Part shown: positions 48,077 to 56,935 of the stretch, in pieces
Layout: each line of letters opens with the position of its first letter
Position numbering within the stretch: the first letter of the stretch is position 1
Assembly (NCBI GenBank): GCA_937889945.1
Contig: CALBZC010000010.1
Span: forward strand, 129,666-193,665
From: an uncultured Bacteroidales bacterium
Lineage (GTDB): Bacteria; Bacteroidota; Bacteroidia; Bacteroidales; UBA4417
Direction of reading: 5' to 3'
DNA: 64,000 bases
Made by a program: the position numbers and the translations under genes
The notes under the pieces: model-generated
Database searches by the model: none
The model's input: only the letters and a program-made list of their open reading frames with translations
What the model was told of the DNA's origin: nothing

Positions 48077-48111
48077 CTCCGAACTCCGAACTCCGAACTC
48101 AAAACTAAAAA
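48077..48111 (+). repeat. right heptamer array (CTCCGAA x3, CTCAAAA, CTAAAAA)
   Basis: Perfect 7-nt phasing. It ends 2 nt before the ATG of the DUF1015 gene. Confidence 0.85.
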
Positions 48112-48113
48112 CC

Positions 48114-49364
48114 ATGTCTATATTAAAACCATTTAAAGGACTACGTCCTCCACAAGAAATAGTTAAAAATTTAGCTTCTCGTCCTTATGACGTATTAAAT
48201 TCTGCTGAAGCCAGAATTGAGGCAAAAGGAAATCCACAATCTTTACTTAGAGTTACCAAAGCTGAAATTGATTTACCCGAAGGCATTGATGAACACAGTC
48301 AGGCTGTTTACGATAAAGTAGTAGAAAATTTTAAAGAATTTCAAGATAAAGGTTGGTTAAAACAAGATGCGGAAGAAAAGCTATACATTTACGCACAAAC
48401 AATGGATGGTCGTACACAATACGGTATTGTAGCATGTACGCATATTGATGATTATTTTAACAATAACATCAAAAAACATGAATTAACGCGTAAAGACAAA
48501 GAAGAAGACCGTATGATTCACGTGCGTATTACCAATGCAAATGTGGAACCCGTATTTTTTTCATATCCTGCAAATGCTAAAGTTGACGCCATCGTTAATA
48601 AAATTGTTGCCGAGCAAAAACCGGTATATGATTTTGTGGCAGATGAAGGCTTTGGGCATAAATTCTGGACAATTGACGATAGAAAAACCATTGATGAACT
48701 TGTAAATATTTTCGATAAAGAAATTCCGAGTTTATATGTGGCTGACGGTCATCATCGCACCGCTGCTGCGGCTTTGGTAGGCGCTGAAAAAAAGAAAAAT
48801 AACCCTAATCATACAGGCAAAGAAGAATATAACTATTTCATGTCGGTAATTTTCCCCGACAATCAATTAAAAATTATTGATTATAACCGCGTGGTAAAAG
48901 ATTTGAACGGGTTGTCGAGCGAGGATTTCCTGAAAAAATTAGGCGAAAGTTTTGATGTAAAAAAAGAAGGAGCCGAAATATACAAACCATCATCATTACA
49001 CGAATTTAGCATGTATTTGGATGGCGCTTGGTATTCTTTAAAAGCAAAACAAGGAACTTATAATGACAATGACCCTATTGGTGTGCTTGATGTAACCATT
49101 TTGTCAAATCTTGTATTAGATAAAATATTAGGCATTAAAGATTTACGCACCGATAAACGCATTGATTTTGTAGGCGGTATCCGCGGATTAGGCGAGTTGA
49201 AAAAACGCGTTGACTCAGGCGAAATGAAAGTTGCTTTTGCACTTTATGCTGTTTCAATGAAACAATTGATCGATATTGCAGATACAGGTAATATTATGCC
49301 TCCTAAAACTACATGGTTTGAACCTAAATTGCGTAGTGGGCTGGTAATACACAAACTGGACTAA
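48114..49364 (+). CDS. DUF1015 domain-containing protein
   Basis: 416 aa. It has the N-terminal ILKPFKGLRP and central ADGHHR blocks recalled for DUF1015, and the usual serA neighbourhood. Confidence 0.8.
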   Translation: MSILKPFKGLRPPQEIVKNLASRPYDVLNSAEARIEAKGNPQSLLRVTKAEIDLPEGIDEHSQAVYDKVVENFKEFQDKGWLKQDAEEKLYIYAQTMDGRTQYGIVACTHIDDYFNNNIKKHELTRKDKEEDRMIHVRITNANVEPVFFSYPANAKVDAIVNKIVAEQKPVYDFVADEGFGHKFWTIDDRKTIDELVNIFDKEIPSLYVADGHHRTAAAALVGAEKKKNNPNHTGKEEYNYFMSVIFPDNQLKIIDYNRVVKDLNGLSSEDFLKKLGESFDVKKEGAEIYKPSSLHEFSMYLDGAWYSLKAKQGTYNDNDPIGVLDVTILSNLVLDKILGIKDLRTDKRIDFVGGIRGLGELKKRVDSGEMKVAFALYAVSMKQLIDIADTGNIMPPKTTWFEPKLRSGLVIHKLD

Positions 49365-49383
49365 GCTTTGTGATTAAATATGT

Positions 49384-49420
49384 AAAATCCCGTTTTTAGC
49401 AATAGAAACGGGATTTTTTG
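49384..49420 (+). terminator. rho-independent terminator after DUF1015 gene
   Basis: Stem aaatcccgttt / aaacgggattt followed by ttttgttttt. Confidence 0.75.
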
Positions 49421-49435
49421 TTTTTAAGTAAGGAA

Positions 49436-50131
49436 TTATCCTTTTTGACTTATAAGCTCTAATTGCTTTTCCTCAAGAATTACAATATCTTTATCATGAA
49501 GCAAGATAATGTTTTCCTTTTCAAAAGATTTTAATATCTTAACAGCACTTTCTGTGGTTATTCCTGCAAATTCCGCAATATCTTTACGAGATAAAAGTTG
49601 AAATATTTCGGTATGCTCTTTTTTTAATTCATTCATATATAGCAATACTTCCGCTATTCTACCATTCATCTGTTTGTTTTGGAAAGTATGTAGTTTTTCA
49701 AACAAGGTAGTATTTTGTTCACAATATTTTTTAATAATATCTATACCAAAATTTCCATTATTCCTTATTACCTTTATTATTGCCTCCTTTTCTATTAAAA
49801 ATGCCGTGCATTCGCTAATAGCAATGGTGGAGTATTTAAAAACGTTATCTAAAAATATTGCTGATAATCCAACAAACTCGCCAGGGCGTGTAATTCTCAA
49901 ATTTAAATTCTTATATCCGTCTGATTCTAAATATTGCTTTGCTAAACCCTCCGTAACAAATAGCACATAAGAAGAAAATGCTCCTTGTTTGGTGAGATTG
50001 TCTCCTTTGCGGAAAAGTAACTGCGTACGGCTTGATTTTATTAACTCTAACTCTATAGGTTTAAGCTGCTGAAAGCACGGTGCCGGTATGTTGCATAAAA
50101 AATCAGCATTCGAATGGACAATAGTTTTCAT
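49436..50131 (-). CDS. Crp/Fnr family transcriptional regulator
   Basis: It has a cNMP-binding-like beta-roll and a C-terminal HTH (LSRKDIAEFAGITTESAVKILKSFEKENII). The ATG at 50131 is preferred over the TTG at 50134. Confidence 0.85.
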   Translation of the reverse strand: MKTIVHSNADFLCNIPAPCFQQLKPIELELIKSSRTQLLFRKGDNLTKQGAFSSYVLFVTEGLAKQYLESDGYKNLNLRITRPGEFVGLSAIFLDNVFKYSTIAISECTAFLIEKEAIIKVIRNNGNFGIDIIKKYCEQNTTLFEKLHTFQNKQMNGRIAEVLLYMNELKKEHTEIFQLLSRKDIAEFAGITTESAVKILKSFEKENIILLHDKDIVILEEKQLELISQKG

Positions 50132-50260
50132 CAAAAAAATAAAGGTAACAATTGGATATGCAAAAATAAATAATTTACATCAATAAAAATATTGTTCTAT
50201 TTCAATTAAAGCATTAACAATGTTCAACCCGTCTTTTTTCCTTATTTATTGGAGTGAATA

Positions 50261-50268
50261 TAATTTTG
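50261..50268 (+). promoter_or_regulatory. Bacteroidota -7 promoter motif (TAATTTTG) for the thioredoxin module
   Basis: Matches TAnnTTTG, 30 nt upstream of the ATG at 50298. Confidence 0.5.
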
Positions 50269-50297
50269 CACTGTCAAAAATTTAAAAAAAAATAATT

Positions 50298-50642
50298 ATG
50301 TTATTCACAAACTTAAAACACATTTTAACAGCGCAAGAACACGCTAATATACTAAATGAAAATGAAAACGTGATGGTGATATGCGGACGCATGGGACCCA
50401 TGTGTATTCCGGTATACGGGATAGCCGAAGAGCTTGAAAAACAATATCCTCATGTAAAATTTTACGATATGGAATTTGATAATCCTGAGTCGCATGTAAT
50501 ACGTAATTTGCCTGAAGTTCGCAGCTTTATGGGCATCCCATTTGTGATTTATTATAAAAACGGTAAGGTTGTGCATGCCACATCAAGCATACAAACAAAA
50601 GAACAAATTACGTCTATTTTAGACAATGTATTTGGAAAATAA
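50298..50642 (+). CDS. thioredoxin-fold protein with atypical active site (C-GRMGPM-C)
   Basis: 114 aa with thioredoxin-like topology. Where WCGPC is expected the sequence reads VICGRMGPMCIP. Confidence 0.65.
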   Translation: MLFTNLKHILTAQEHANILNENENVMVICGRMGPMCIPVYGIAEELEKQYPHVKFYDMEFDNPESHVIRNLPEVRSFMGIPFVIYYKNGKVVHATSSIQTKEQITSILDNVFGK

Positions 50643-50649
50643 GAATGCC

Positions 50650-51591
50650 ATGGATAAATCAACAGATTATGATGTAATTGTGGTGGGTGCCGGTCCTGCC
50701 GGTCTTACCGCTGCATTATATCTATCAAGAGCTAAAGTTAAAACGCTTGTTATTGATAGTGGTATAGCAGGCGGACAAACCATACTTACCCATGAAATAG
50801 CTAATTATCCCGGCATAGAGCGTATTTCCGGTTATCAATTGGCACATATCATGAAAAAACAAGCTGAAAGTTTTGGAACTGAAATTAAAATCAATGCTGA
50901 AATTGAACGGATAGTTTTAGATCGTCGCATAAAAGAAATAAAGCTTAAAAAGAACGAAAATATATATACCGCTAAAGCGGTAATTTTTTCTTTGGGAGGT
51001 AGGTCGCGTACAATAGGGGCTACAAAAGAGGAATATTTTAAGGGGAAAGGGATTTCGTACTGTGCTACATGTGATGGGGATTTTTTTACAGATAAGGAAA
51101 TTGTGGTAGTGGGTGGAGGAAATTCAGCTTTAGAAGAAGCTGTTTCCCTTACAAAATATGCTTCAAAAGTGACCATAGTACATCAGTTTGACTATTTTCA
51201 GGCTTTTCCTCATGCAATTGAAGAAGCTAAAAAAAATACGAAGATAAATTTTATGTTAAATTCACGTATAACGGCATTTAATGGCGATGAAAAAATTGAA
51301 AGTGTTGACATTGAGAATATTAAAACAAAAGAAATTACACCTTTTAAAACGGACGGTGTATTTATATTTATAGGTTATTTGCCTAATACGGAATTAGTTG
51401 AGCATGCTTTAATGTTAAACGAGTGGAAAGAGATAATCGTAAAGTCGGATATGTCAACCAATGTAGAGGGGGTGTATGCTGCGGGTGATTGTATTAATAA
51501 AAAAATCAGACAGGTAACCACCGCCGTAGCTGATGGAACTGTTGCGGCGTTATCAGCCATTGAATATGTTATGAATTTTAAAAGTAAGTAA
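50650..51591 (+). CDS. thioredoxin reductase-like flavoprotein lacking the NADPH-binding HRRxxxR motif
   Basis: It has the FAD motif VIVVGAGPAGLTAA, the redox-active CATCDG and a second Rossmann VVVGGGNSALEEA. The latter is followed by VHQFDYFQA where HRRDxxRA is expected. The ATG at 50650 (MDKSTDYD) is preferred over the overlapping start at 50626. Confidence 0.8.
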   Translation: MDKSTDYDVIVVGAGPAGLTAALYLSRAKVKTLVIDSGIAGGQTILTHEIANYPGIERISGYQLAHIMKKQAESFGTEIKINAEIERIVLDRRIKEIKLKKNENIYTAKAVIFSLGGRSRTIGATKEEYFKGKGISYCATCDGDFFTDKEIVVVGGGNSALEEAVSLTKYASKVTIVHQFDYFQAFPHAIEEAKKNTKINFMLNSRITAFNGDEKIESVDIENIKTKEITPFKTDGVFIFIGYLPNTELVEHALMLNEWKEIIVKSDMSTNVEGVYAAGDCINKKIRQVTTAVADGTVAALSAIEYVMNFKSK

Positions 51592-51593
51592 AA

Positions 51594-52013
51594 ATGAAAA
51601 TCACATTTATTATAATAGGGGTTATACTCCTTTCTTTTTTATTGCTAAGCTATATTGCCAAAGCACGTTTAAAAAAACTCCCATTGGTAGAGAATCATAA
51701 GAAAATAATTACTTTAACAGCCGCCAATTTTCAAAATCAAGTTAAAAATAAAGTTGTATTAGTAGATTTTTGGGCTAGCTGGTGTGCTCCATGCCGTATG
51801 ATTGCACCCATACTCAACGATTTAGCAGAAGAATCAAAAGGTGATTTTTATGTGGGAAAGGTAAATATTGAAGAGCATCAGGCATTGGCACAGAAGTATA
51901 AGGTAAGAAGTATTCCTACTCTTATTATTTTTAAAAATGGAAAAGAAGCTAAACGTCTAGTGGGAGTGAAGAATAAAGAAGCCTTGCTCAAAGAGTTGCA
52001 AAATATCAAGTAA
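51594..52013 (+). CDS. trxA: membrane-anchored thioredoxin
   Basis: 139 aa. An N-terminal TM helix (ITFIIIGVILLSFLLLSYI) is followed by a canonical Trx domain with WASWCAPCRMIAP. Confidence 0.85.
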   Translation: MKITFIIIGVILLSFLLLSYIAKARLKKLPLVENHKKIITLTAANFQNQVKNKVVLVDFWASWCAPCRMIAPILNDLAEESKGDFYVGKVNIEEHQALAQKYKVRSIPTLIIFKNGKEAKRLVGVKNKEALLKELQNIK

Positions 52014-52129
52014 TTTCCTATGAGCTTGTTTGTATCGTGTGTTTTTTTTAATAAGCTCTTTTAAATACAGTAAATACTTAAAATAGTTAATATAAATTTT
52101 TATAACCAATATTTTAAACCAACATATCT

Positions 52130-52318
52130 ATGAGTTATTCAATTAGTGCATTAGCTTGTCCTCAGGATCATTACTGTCCTTTAATTCGTGTATGTCCTGT
52201 AGATGCTATTTCGCAAAATCGTTCGGGATTGCCTGTTATAGATGATGAAAAATGTATATCCTGCGGTAAATGTCAAAAATATTGCCCGATGCAGGCTGTA
52301 GAAATTAAAAACTATTAA
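52130..52318 (+). CDS. small 4Fe-4S ferredoxin
   Basis: 62 aa. It has one canonical CISCGKCQKYCP motif plus an N-terminal Cys set, C-x6-C-x5-CP. Confidence 0.75.
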   Translation: MSYSISALACPQDHYCPLIRVCPVDAISQNRSGLPVIDDEKCISCGKCQKYCPMQAVEIKNY

Positions 52319-52352
52319 TTTTATTTTTAAATATATAAGTGGGTTTTATATT

Positions 52353-52392
52353 AAGAGGGCAAGTATTTTAAATACTTGCCCTCTTTGTTTTA
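52353..52392 (+). terminator. rho-independent terminator after ferredoxin gene
   Basis: 16-bp near-perfect palindrome aagagggcaagtattt / aaatacttgccctctt followed by tgttttattt. Confidence 0.7.
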
Positions 52393-52475
52393 TTTATAAA
52401 TTTTAAATGCATTACGTTTGTGCATATTACATGTTTGTTCAACATTTGTAAATTGGATTAACGTAAAGTTTCTCT

Positions 52476-53540
52476 TTATTTTATACTTTTTATTTCCGGT
52501 TCTCTTAACTTTATAAAATACATGGCAAACGAGCGGTATAGGAAATGTGTCCATTTACCGAAAGGAACAATAATTAATGCCCATTGAGCCAATACGGTTA
52601 AATGAAATATATACATCCATTTGTTGCTTTCTAAGATATTTAAATCTATGAAAAGTCGTACGCCCAAAGCTGTAAATCCCATTAACAGCAACCAAATTAC
52701 AAAAAACCAATCGGATGGTTTGGACTTCTTAGCTAAGGCTTTCTTTTTTTGCATGCGGTCTTTTACAAAGTCAACTGTAATAACAAATATAAAAGCGCTT
52801 TCAATGTATCCAAGTACGATAATAAATAAGTTTTGGGTATGAAACCAATTTAAAAATACCGTAGTAAAAAGCAATGAAAGGTATGCAATAACGAGGATAA
52901 AGTGTTCTAACCACCGAAAGTGGTTGTCTGTACAATCTTTAGCACGTTTTTGTGTAAACATGTGTATGAACAGTTCATTTAATGCTGTGAAGTAGTTTTT
53001 TAACGGTACGTTTGAGTGTGTTTTAACAACCATAAAATACCACATTCTCATGAGGTTTGGGATAAATATTATTACAAAAACAGCAGCAATAGCAATCATT
53101 TCAAAAAAGTGACCAAATTGCAGCATTTTTTCCACTTCCCACTTTACCGCATTAGCAAAAATTAGTACACCTGCTAATACCATCAACATTGCAGTCAAAA
53201 AAGCCGGTAAATATTTATAAAATAACCCCGAAAGTCCTGTCCAATCATATTGGGCAGTAAGCCACCGGCGTAAAGACATCATCATTTCACCCGGGTCGGC
53301 TTCTCGCGGACATTTTTCAGAGCAGTCGCCACAGTAATAACATTCCCATGGTTCTTTGCTTGTTAAAATTTCTTCTTTTAATCCCAGCATGGAATACCGA
53401 ACAAACATGCGCGGGAAATTAGAATTTTTATTGGTTAAATTGCATACTGCAGTACAGTTGCCACAATTATAGCATGCTTTAAAGTCAAAAGTGCCGTATT
53501 TTTCTATATCTTTCGTTAATTCAGGCTTTATAAGTGCCAT
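52476..53540 (-). CDS. QmoC-like fusion: HdrC-type 2x[4Fe-4S] domain + NarI/DsrM/HdrE-type membrane domain
   Basis: 354 aa. The N-terminal part carries CYNCGNCTAVC and CYYCGDCSEKCP. It is followed by about 6 hydrophobic helices with conserved His residues and ends with PFGKWTHFLYR, like the PF(S/T)K..H end of nitrate-reductase-gamma-like proteins. Confidence 0.7.
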   Translation of the reverse strand: MALIKPELTKDIEKYGTFDFKACYNCGNCTAVCNLTNKNSNFPRMFVRYSMLGLKEEILTSKEPWECYYCGDCSEKCPREADPGEMMMSLRRWLTAQYDWTGLSGLFYKYLPAFLTAMLMVLAGVLIFANAVKWEVEKMLQFGHFFEMIAIAAVFVIIFIPNLMRMWYFMVVKTHSNVPLKNYFTALNELFIHMFTQKRAKDCTDNHFRWLEHFILVIAYLSLLFTTVFLNWFHTQNLFIIVLGYIESAFIFVITVDFVKDRMQKKKALAKKSKPSDWFFVIWLLLMGFTALGVRLFIDLNILESNKWMYIFHLTVLAQWALIIVPFGKWTHFLYRSFAMYFIKLREPEIKSIK

Positions 53541-53546
53541 AACGCG

Positions 53547-53819
53547 TTATTTTTTTAGTTGGTAAATATAATATTCGTCCATATCGTCAATTCCTTCAAC
53601 GCTAACTTCGCCAAATTTTTGGAGCGCCATCAAGTAATAAGTAACTTGGTCAATAGGTAACTGTGTAGCTGCTGAAAGTTGAGGAATTGTTTTTCCTTCA
53701 TTTTTGAGCGCTTCCAGTAATGTTTTGCGCATTTGTACATATTTCTTGCGCTCTTCATTAACATGGGGTAATACAGTACGTTCCTGTTTTATTACATGTA
53801 TAGTCTTAATTTTTTCCAT
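53547..53819 (-). CDS. small winged-helix-like protein, no Cys (operon-internal)
   Basis: 90 aa. The segment RKTLLEALKNEGKTIPQLSAATQLPIDQVTYYLMALQKFGEVS resembles an ArsR/MarR-type wHTH. It lies 6 nt upstream of the QmoC-like gene. Confidence 0.55.
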   Translation of the reverse strand: MEKIKTIHVIKQERTVLPHVNEERKKYVQMRKTLLEALKNEGKTIPQLSAATQLPIDQVTYYLMALQKFGEVSVEGIDDMDEYYIYQLKK

Positions 53820-53915
53820 GAGTTTTTTAATGTGATAATTTAGCTTTGCAACTCTATTAAAAATTTAATTATCTTGTTATTTAATATATTATTTTTTTTA
53901 TTGCCAATCAAGAAA

Positions 53916-55622
53916 TTAGTTTACGAGCGCATCTATCATCCCTTCAATTTGCGGATTAGTAAAGCCGGCTAAATCTATTGCATCTGTAGGGCATACAGGA
54001 GTACACATTCCACATCCTTTACAATTCGAAACATTAACCTTTGCTACTTGCCTATCTTCGTAGTTTACTGTCATTATTGCATCAAACGGACAAGCATTTC
54101 GGCAATTTTCGCATAGTATGCAAGATGCTGGATTTATTTGTGCCAATGTAGGTTCAAGTGTCATTTCTCCTTTTGTTAAAACCGAGTTGGCTTTGGCTGC
54201 AGCCGCTTGCGATGAGTTAAGAGTTTCCAATATATTTTTAGGTGATTGACAAGTGCCGGCAATAAAAACTCCATCAATAACAGTTTCTACAGGACGGAGT
54301 TTCATGTGTATCTCGTTATAAAAATTGTCGCGCCCCACGGGAATTTTTAGCGTATTGATTAACGTGTCATCTTTACGCGAAATCATACCTGTTACAAGTA
54401 CTATTAAATCTACTTCTGCTGTTATTTCTTTTCCGGCAGTGAGTATATCTTTGACTTTTATTAAAGTTTTTCCCTTTACAACTTCTATCTGGGGTTTGTT
54501 TTCGAGGTTAAACTGTATATAGATATCTCCATTTTTACAAGACTCTTCGTATAACAACTCTTGTTTTCCATAGGTGCGAATGCCTCTATTGTAGTGGAAG
54601 TTTATGATATTTCTATATTTTTGTTTAGCTTCGATTGCAACATGTATAGCAGCGGTACAGCAATAGCGCGAGCAATATTTATTTTCTCCTTCATCATCTT
54701 GCCGACTTCCCACGCAATAGATATAAGCTACTTTTTTTATTATTTTCCCATTGTGAATTAGTTCTTTATCGGATTTTTCTATTAAGTTTTTGAAATCCGG
54801 TAAAGTAATTACATTTTCGAGCACATTATATCCATATTCGCTTTGCAGGGGTTGGTATGATTCAAAACCGGTGTTAACTATAACAGCTCCAACATGAAGC
54901 GGCAAAATTTCTTTATCTATCTTTACCTTAATATTAAAATTTCCGATGCTACCTGTTTTTTCTATAACTTCGGCATTTGTGAAAATTTTAATATTGGTGT
55001 GTTTTAATATTTGAGAGTATAAAGAGTTAATAATATCAGAGCCTTTATCGTTGCTGGTAAATAATTTATCCCATTGTGCAATATGACCTCCAATTTTAGA
55101 TTCTTTTTCAATTAAATATACTTCTGTTCCCATTTCAGCTAAAGATATAGCAGAACGTAAACCTCCGATTCCGCCCCCTATGACTGCAGCAACATTTACA
55201 GCAGGTATTTTAACAGGTGTCAAAGCTTCTGATTCTCGTGCTTTGGCAATAGCTGCTTTTACCAGTTGAATGGCTTTTTCTGTGGCTCCTACAGGATTAT
55301 CCGAATGAGCCCACGAGCTTTGTTCGCGAATGTTAGCTTGTACATAATTGTAAGGATTTAAACCGGCTCTTTGTGCAACACCTCTAAATGTAGGCACATG
55401 GAGCTTTGGAGAACAAGAGGCAACAACAATAGCGTCAAGTTCGCTTTCTTGTATATCATGTTCTATTTCTTTTTGAGATGAATCAGAGCATGCAAAAAGA
55501 GTATTTTTTACCAGATATACGTCGGCTTCTTCTTTTACGGCTTCTTTTACTTTCTCTATATCCACATAATCGGAAATATTGCCCCCACAATGGCAAACAT
55601 ATACGCCTATTTTTTTCTTCAT
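53916..55622 (-). CDS. HdrA/QmoB-like FAD and Fe-S oxidoreductase
   Basis: 568 aa. It has the N-terminal IGVYVCHCGGNISDYVD block, the FAD motif AAVIGGGIGGLRSA and the HdrA signature CVGSRQ...YCSRYCC. The C-terminal ferredoxin motifs are CILCENCRNACP and CKGCGMCTPVCP. Confidence 0.8.
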   Translation of the reverse strand: MKKKIGVYVCHCGGNISDYVDIEKVKEAVKEEADVYLVKNTLFACSDSSQKEIEHDIQESELDAIVVASCSPKLHVPTFRGVAQRAGLNPYNYVQANIREQSSWAHSDNPVGATEKAIQLVKAAIAKARESEALTPVKIPAVNVAAVIGGGIGGLRSAISLAEMGTEVYLIEKESKIGGHIAQWDKLFTSNDKGSDIINSLYSQILKHTNIKIFTNAEVIEKTGSIGNFNIKVKIDKEILPLHVGAVIVNTGFESYQPLQSEYGYNVLENVITLPDFKNLIEKSDKELIHNGKIIKKVAYIYCVGSRQDDEGENKYCSRYCCTAAIHVAIEAKQKYRNIINFHYNRGIRTYGKQELLYEESCKNGDIYIQFNLENKPQIEVVKGKTLIKVKDILTAGKEITAEVDLIVLVTGMISRKDDTLINTLKIPVGRDNFYNEIHMKLRPVETVIDGVFIAGTCQSPKNILETLNSSQAAAAKANSVLTKGEMTLEPTLAQINPASCILCENCRNACPFDAIMTVNYEDRQVAKVNVSNCKGCGMCTPVCPTDAIDLAGFTNPQIEGMIDALVN

Positions 55623-56935
55623 GATAATTGATTTAAATAACCTGAAACTTCAGCAGCAGCAGCGCCTGCCGACATAATGGTATCTGGTATATCCATAGGA
55701 GCGGTGGCGGTTCCGGCAGCAAAAACACCTTCAATAGATGTTATAGCCGGACTTTGTAGCAAGTTTGTTTGTTTTACGTAGTTAATTTCGTCTGTTTTCA
55801 GGATCTTGTTTTTGAAAGCCTTTGTAACGGAAGAGTTAGCTAATAAACCTACGGATAAGACAACTAAGTCGTGCTCGCTTTCTGAAACTTCTCCTGTTTC
55901 AATATTTTCATAGCGTAATATAAGGTTTCCATTTTCCTTTTCGGAAATAGAAGCTATTTTACCTTTTACGAAGTTGGCGCCCATATCCTTTGCTTGCATA
56001 TAAAATTCATTAAACCCTTTTCCAAAAGCCCTGATATTGATATAGTACATGCTTATGTCTGCCATAGGTAAAGCCCCCATCAGCAATTGCGATTGTTTTA
56101 TGGAGTACATACAACAAACTTGCGAACAAATAGGGTTTCCGATGGTATGATCACGGGAACCCGTACAAAATACATACGCTATTTTATCTGGAACTTTTCC
56201 GTCCGATGGGCGCAATATATTGTTAAACGGGCGCGTTGGGGCTAACTGGCGTTCCATTTGCATGGAGGTAATTACATTTTTGTATTTTCCATAACCATAG
56301 CGCTCAATATGAATAGGATCAAATAATTTAAATCCTGTAGCCACTATAACTGATTTTACCTTTACACTAATGATTTGTTCTTTTTGGGTAAAATCAATAG
56401 CATTGGATGGACACTTTTGTTCGCAGGCGCCACATAACATGCAGTTATCAATATCAATAAGCGCAATGCGTGGATTGGCTATATTAAAAGGGATATAAAC
56501 TGCTTTTCGGGCTACCAAATTCATTTGAAATTGGTCGTGAACTACTGACGGACACACGGTTTCGCATTCCTGACAGCCGGTGCAATCTTGTTCTACTACG
56601 TATCTGGGGCGTTTTTTTAGGGTAATGGAAAAAGTATTATCAACTTCTTTGATAATGCTTTCGGGTTCTGTAAGTGTAAATAGAGTGATATTAGGGTGCC
56701 TTGCCGTTTCGGATACTTTGGGTGTTGTTATACAGGCAGCGCAATCCAATGTAGGGAAAACCTTACTTAAAAGTATCATTTTTCCTCCTATAGAAGGCTC
56801 TTTTTCCACCAACAGAACCTTAAAGCCCATGTCGGCAAGCTTCAATGCAGATTCTTCTCCGGCAATGCCGGCGCCTATTATCAAAACATCGTAATCGGCA
56901 CTCATGGAGTTTAGGTTTTTACTAACTGTTTGCAT
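55619..56935 (-). CDS. HdrA/QmoA-like FAD and Fe-S oxidoreductase
   Basis: 438 aa. It has the FAD motif VLIIGAGIAGEESA, CAACITTPK, inserted ferredoxin motifs CTGCQECETVCP and CMLCGACEQKCP, and the HdrA signature CTGSRD...ICSQVCC. It overlaps the next gene by 4 nt. An alternative start is at 56905. Confidence 0.8.
   Translation of the reverse strand: MQTVSKNLNSMSADYDVLIIGAGIAGEESALKLADMGFKVLLVEKEPSIGGKMILLSKVFPTLDCAACITTPKVSETARHPNITLFTLTEPESIIKEVDNTFSITLKKRPRYVVEQDCTGCQECETVCPSVVHDQFQMNLVARKAVYIPFNIANPRIALIDIDNCMLCGACEQKCPSNAIDFTQKEQIISVKVKSVIVATGFKLFDPIHIERYGYGKYKNVITSMQMERQLAPTRPFNNILRPSDGKVPDKIAYVFCTGSRDHTIGNPICSQVCCMYSIKQSQLLMGALPMADISMYYINIRAFGKGFNEFYMQAKDMGANFVKGKIASISEKENGNLILRYENIETGEVSESEHDLVVLSVGLLANSSVTKAFKNKILKTDEINYVKQTNLLQSPAITSIEGVFAAGTATAPMDIPDTIMSAGAAAAEVSGYLNQLS

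Noticed and set aside
53838-53845. Plus-strand TAGCTTTG promoter-like motif in the hdrA / winged-helix gene gap
   Set aside because: No plus-strand gene follows it, because all neighbouring genes are on the minus strand. A single 8-mer match in AT-rich DNA is expected by chance.
52476-56935. Calling the HdrA/HdrA/HdrC-E genes a canonical QmoABC of dissimilatory sulfate reduction
   Set aside because: No aprAB, sat or dsrAB is in the window. MvhD is a separate gene rather than fused to QmoB. The operon partners are TusA and DsrE proteins. The Qmo-like label is kept only as an architectural analogy.
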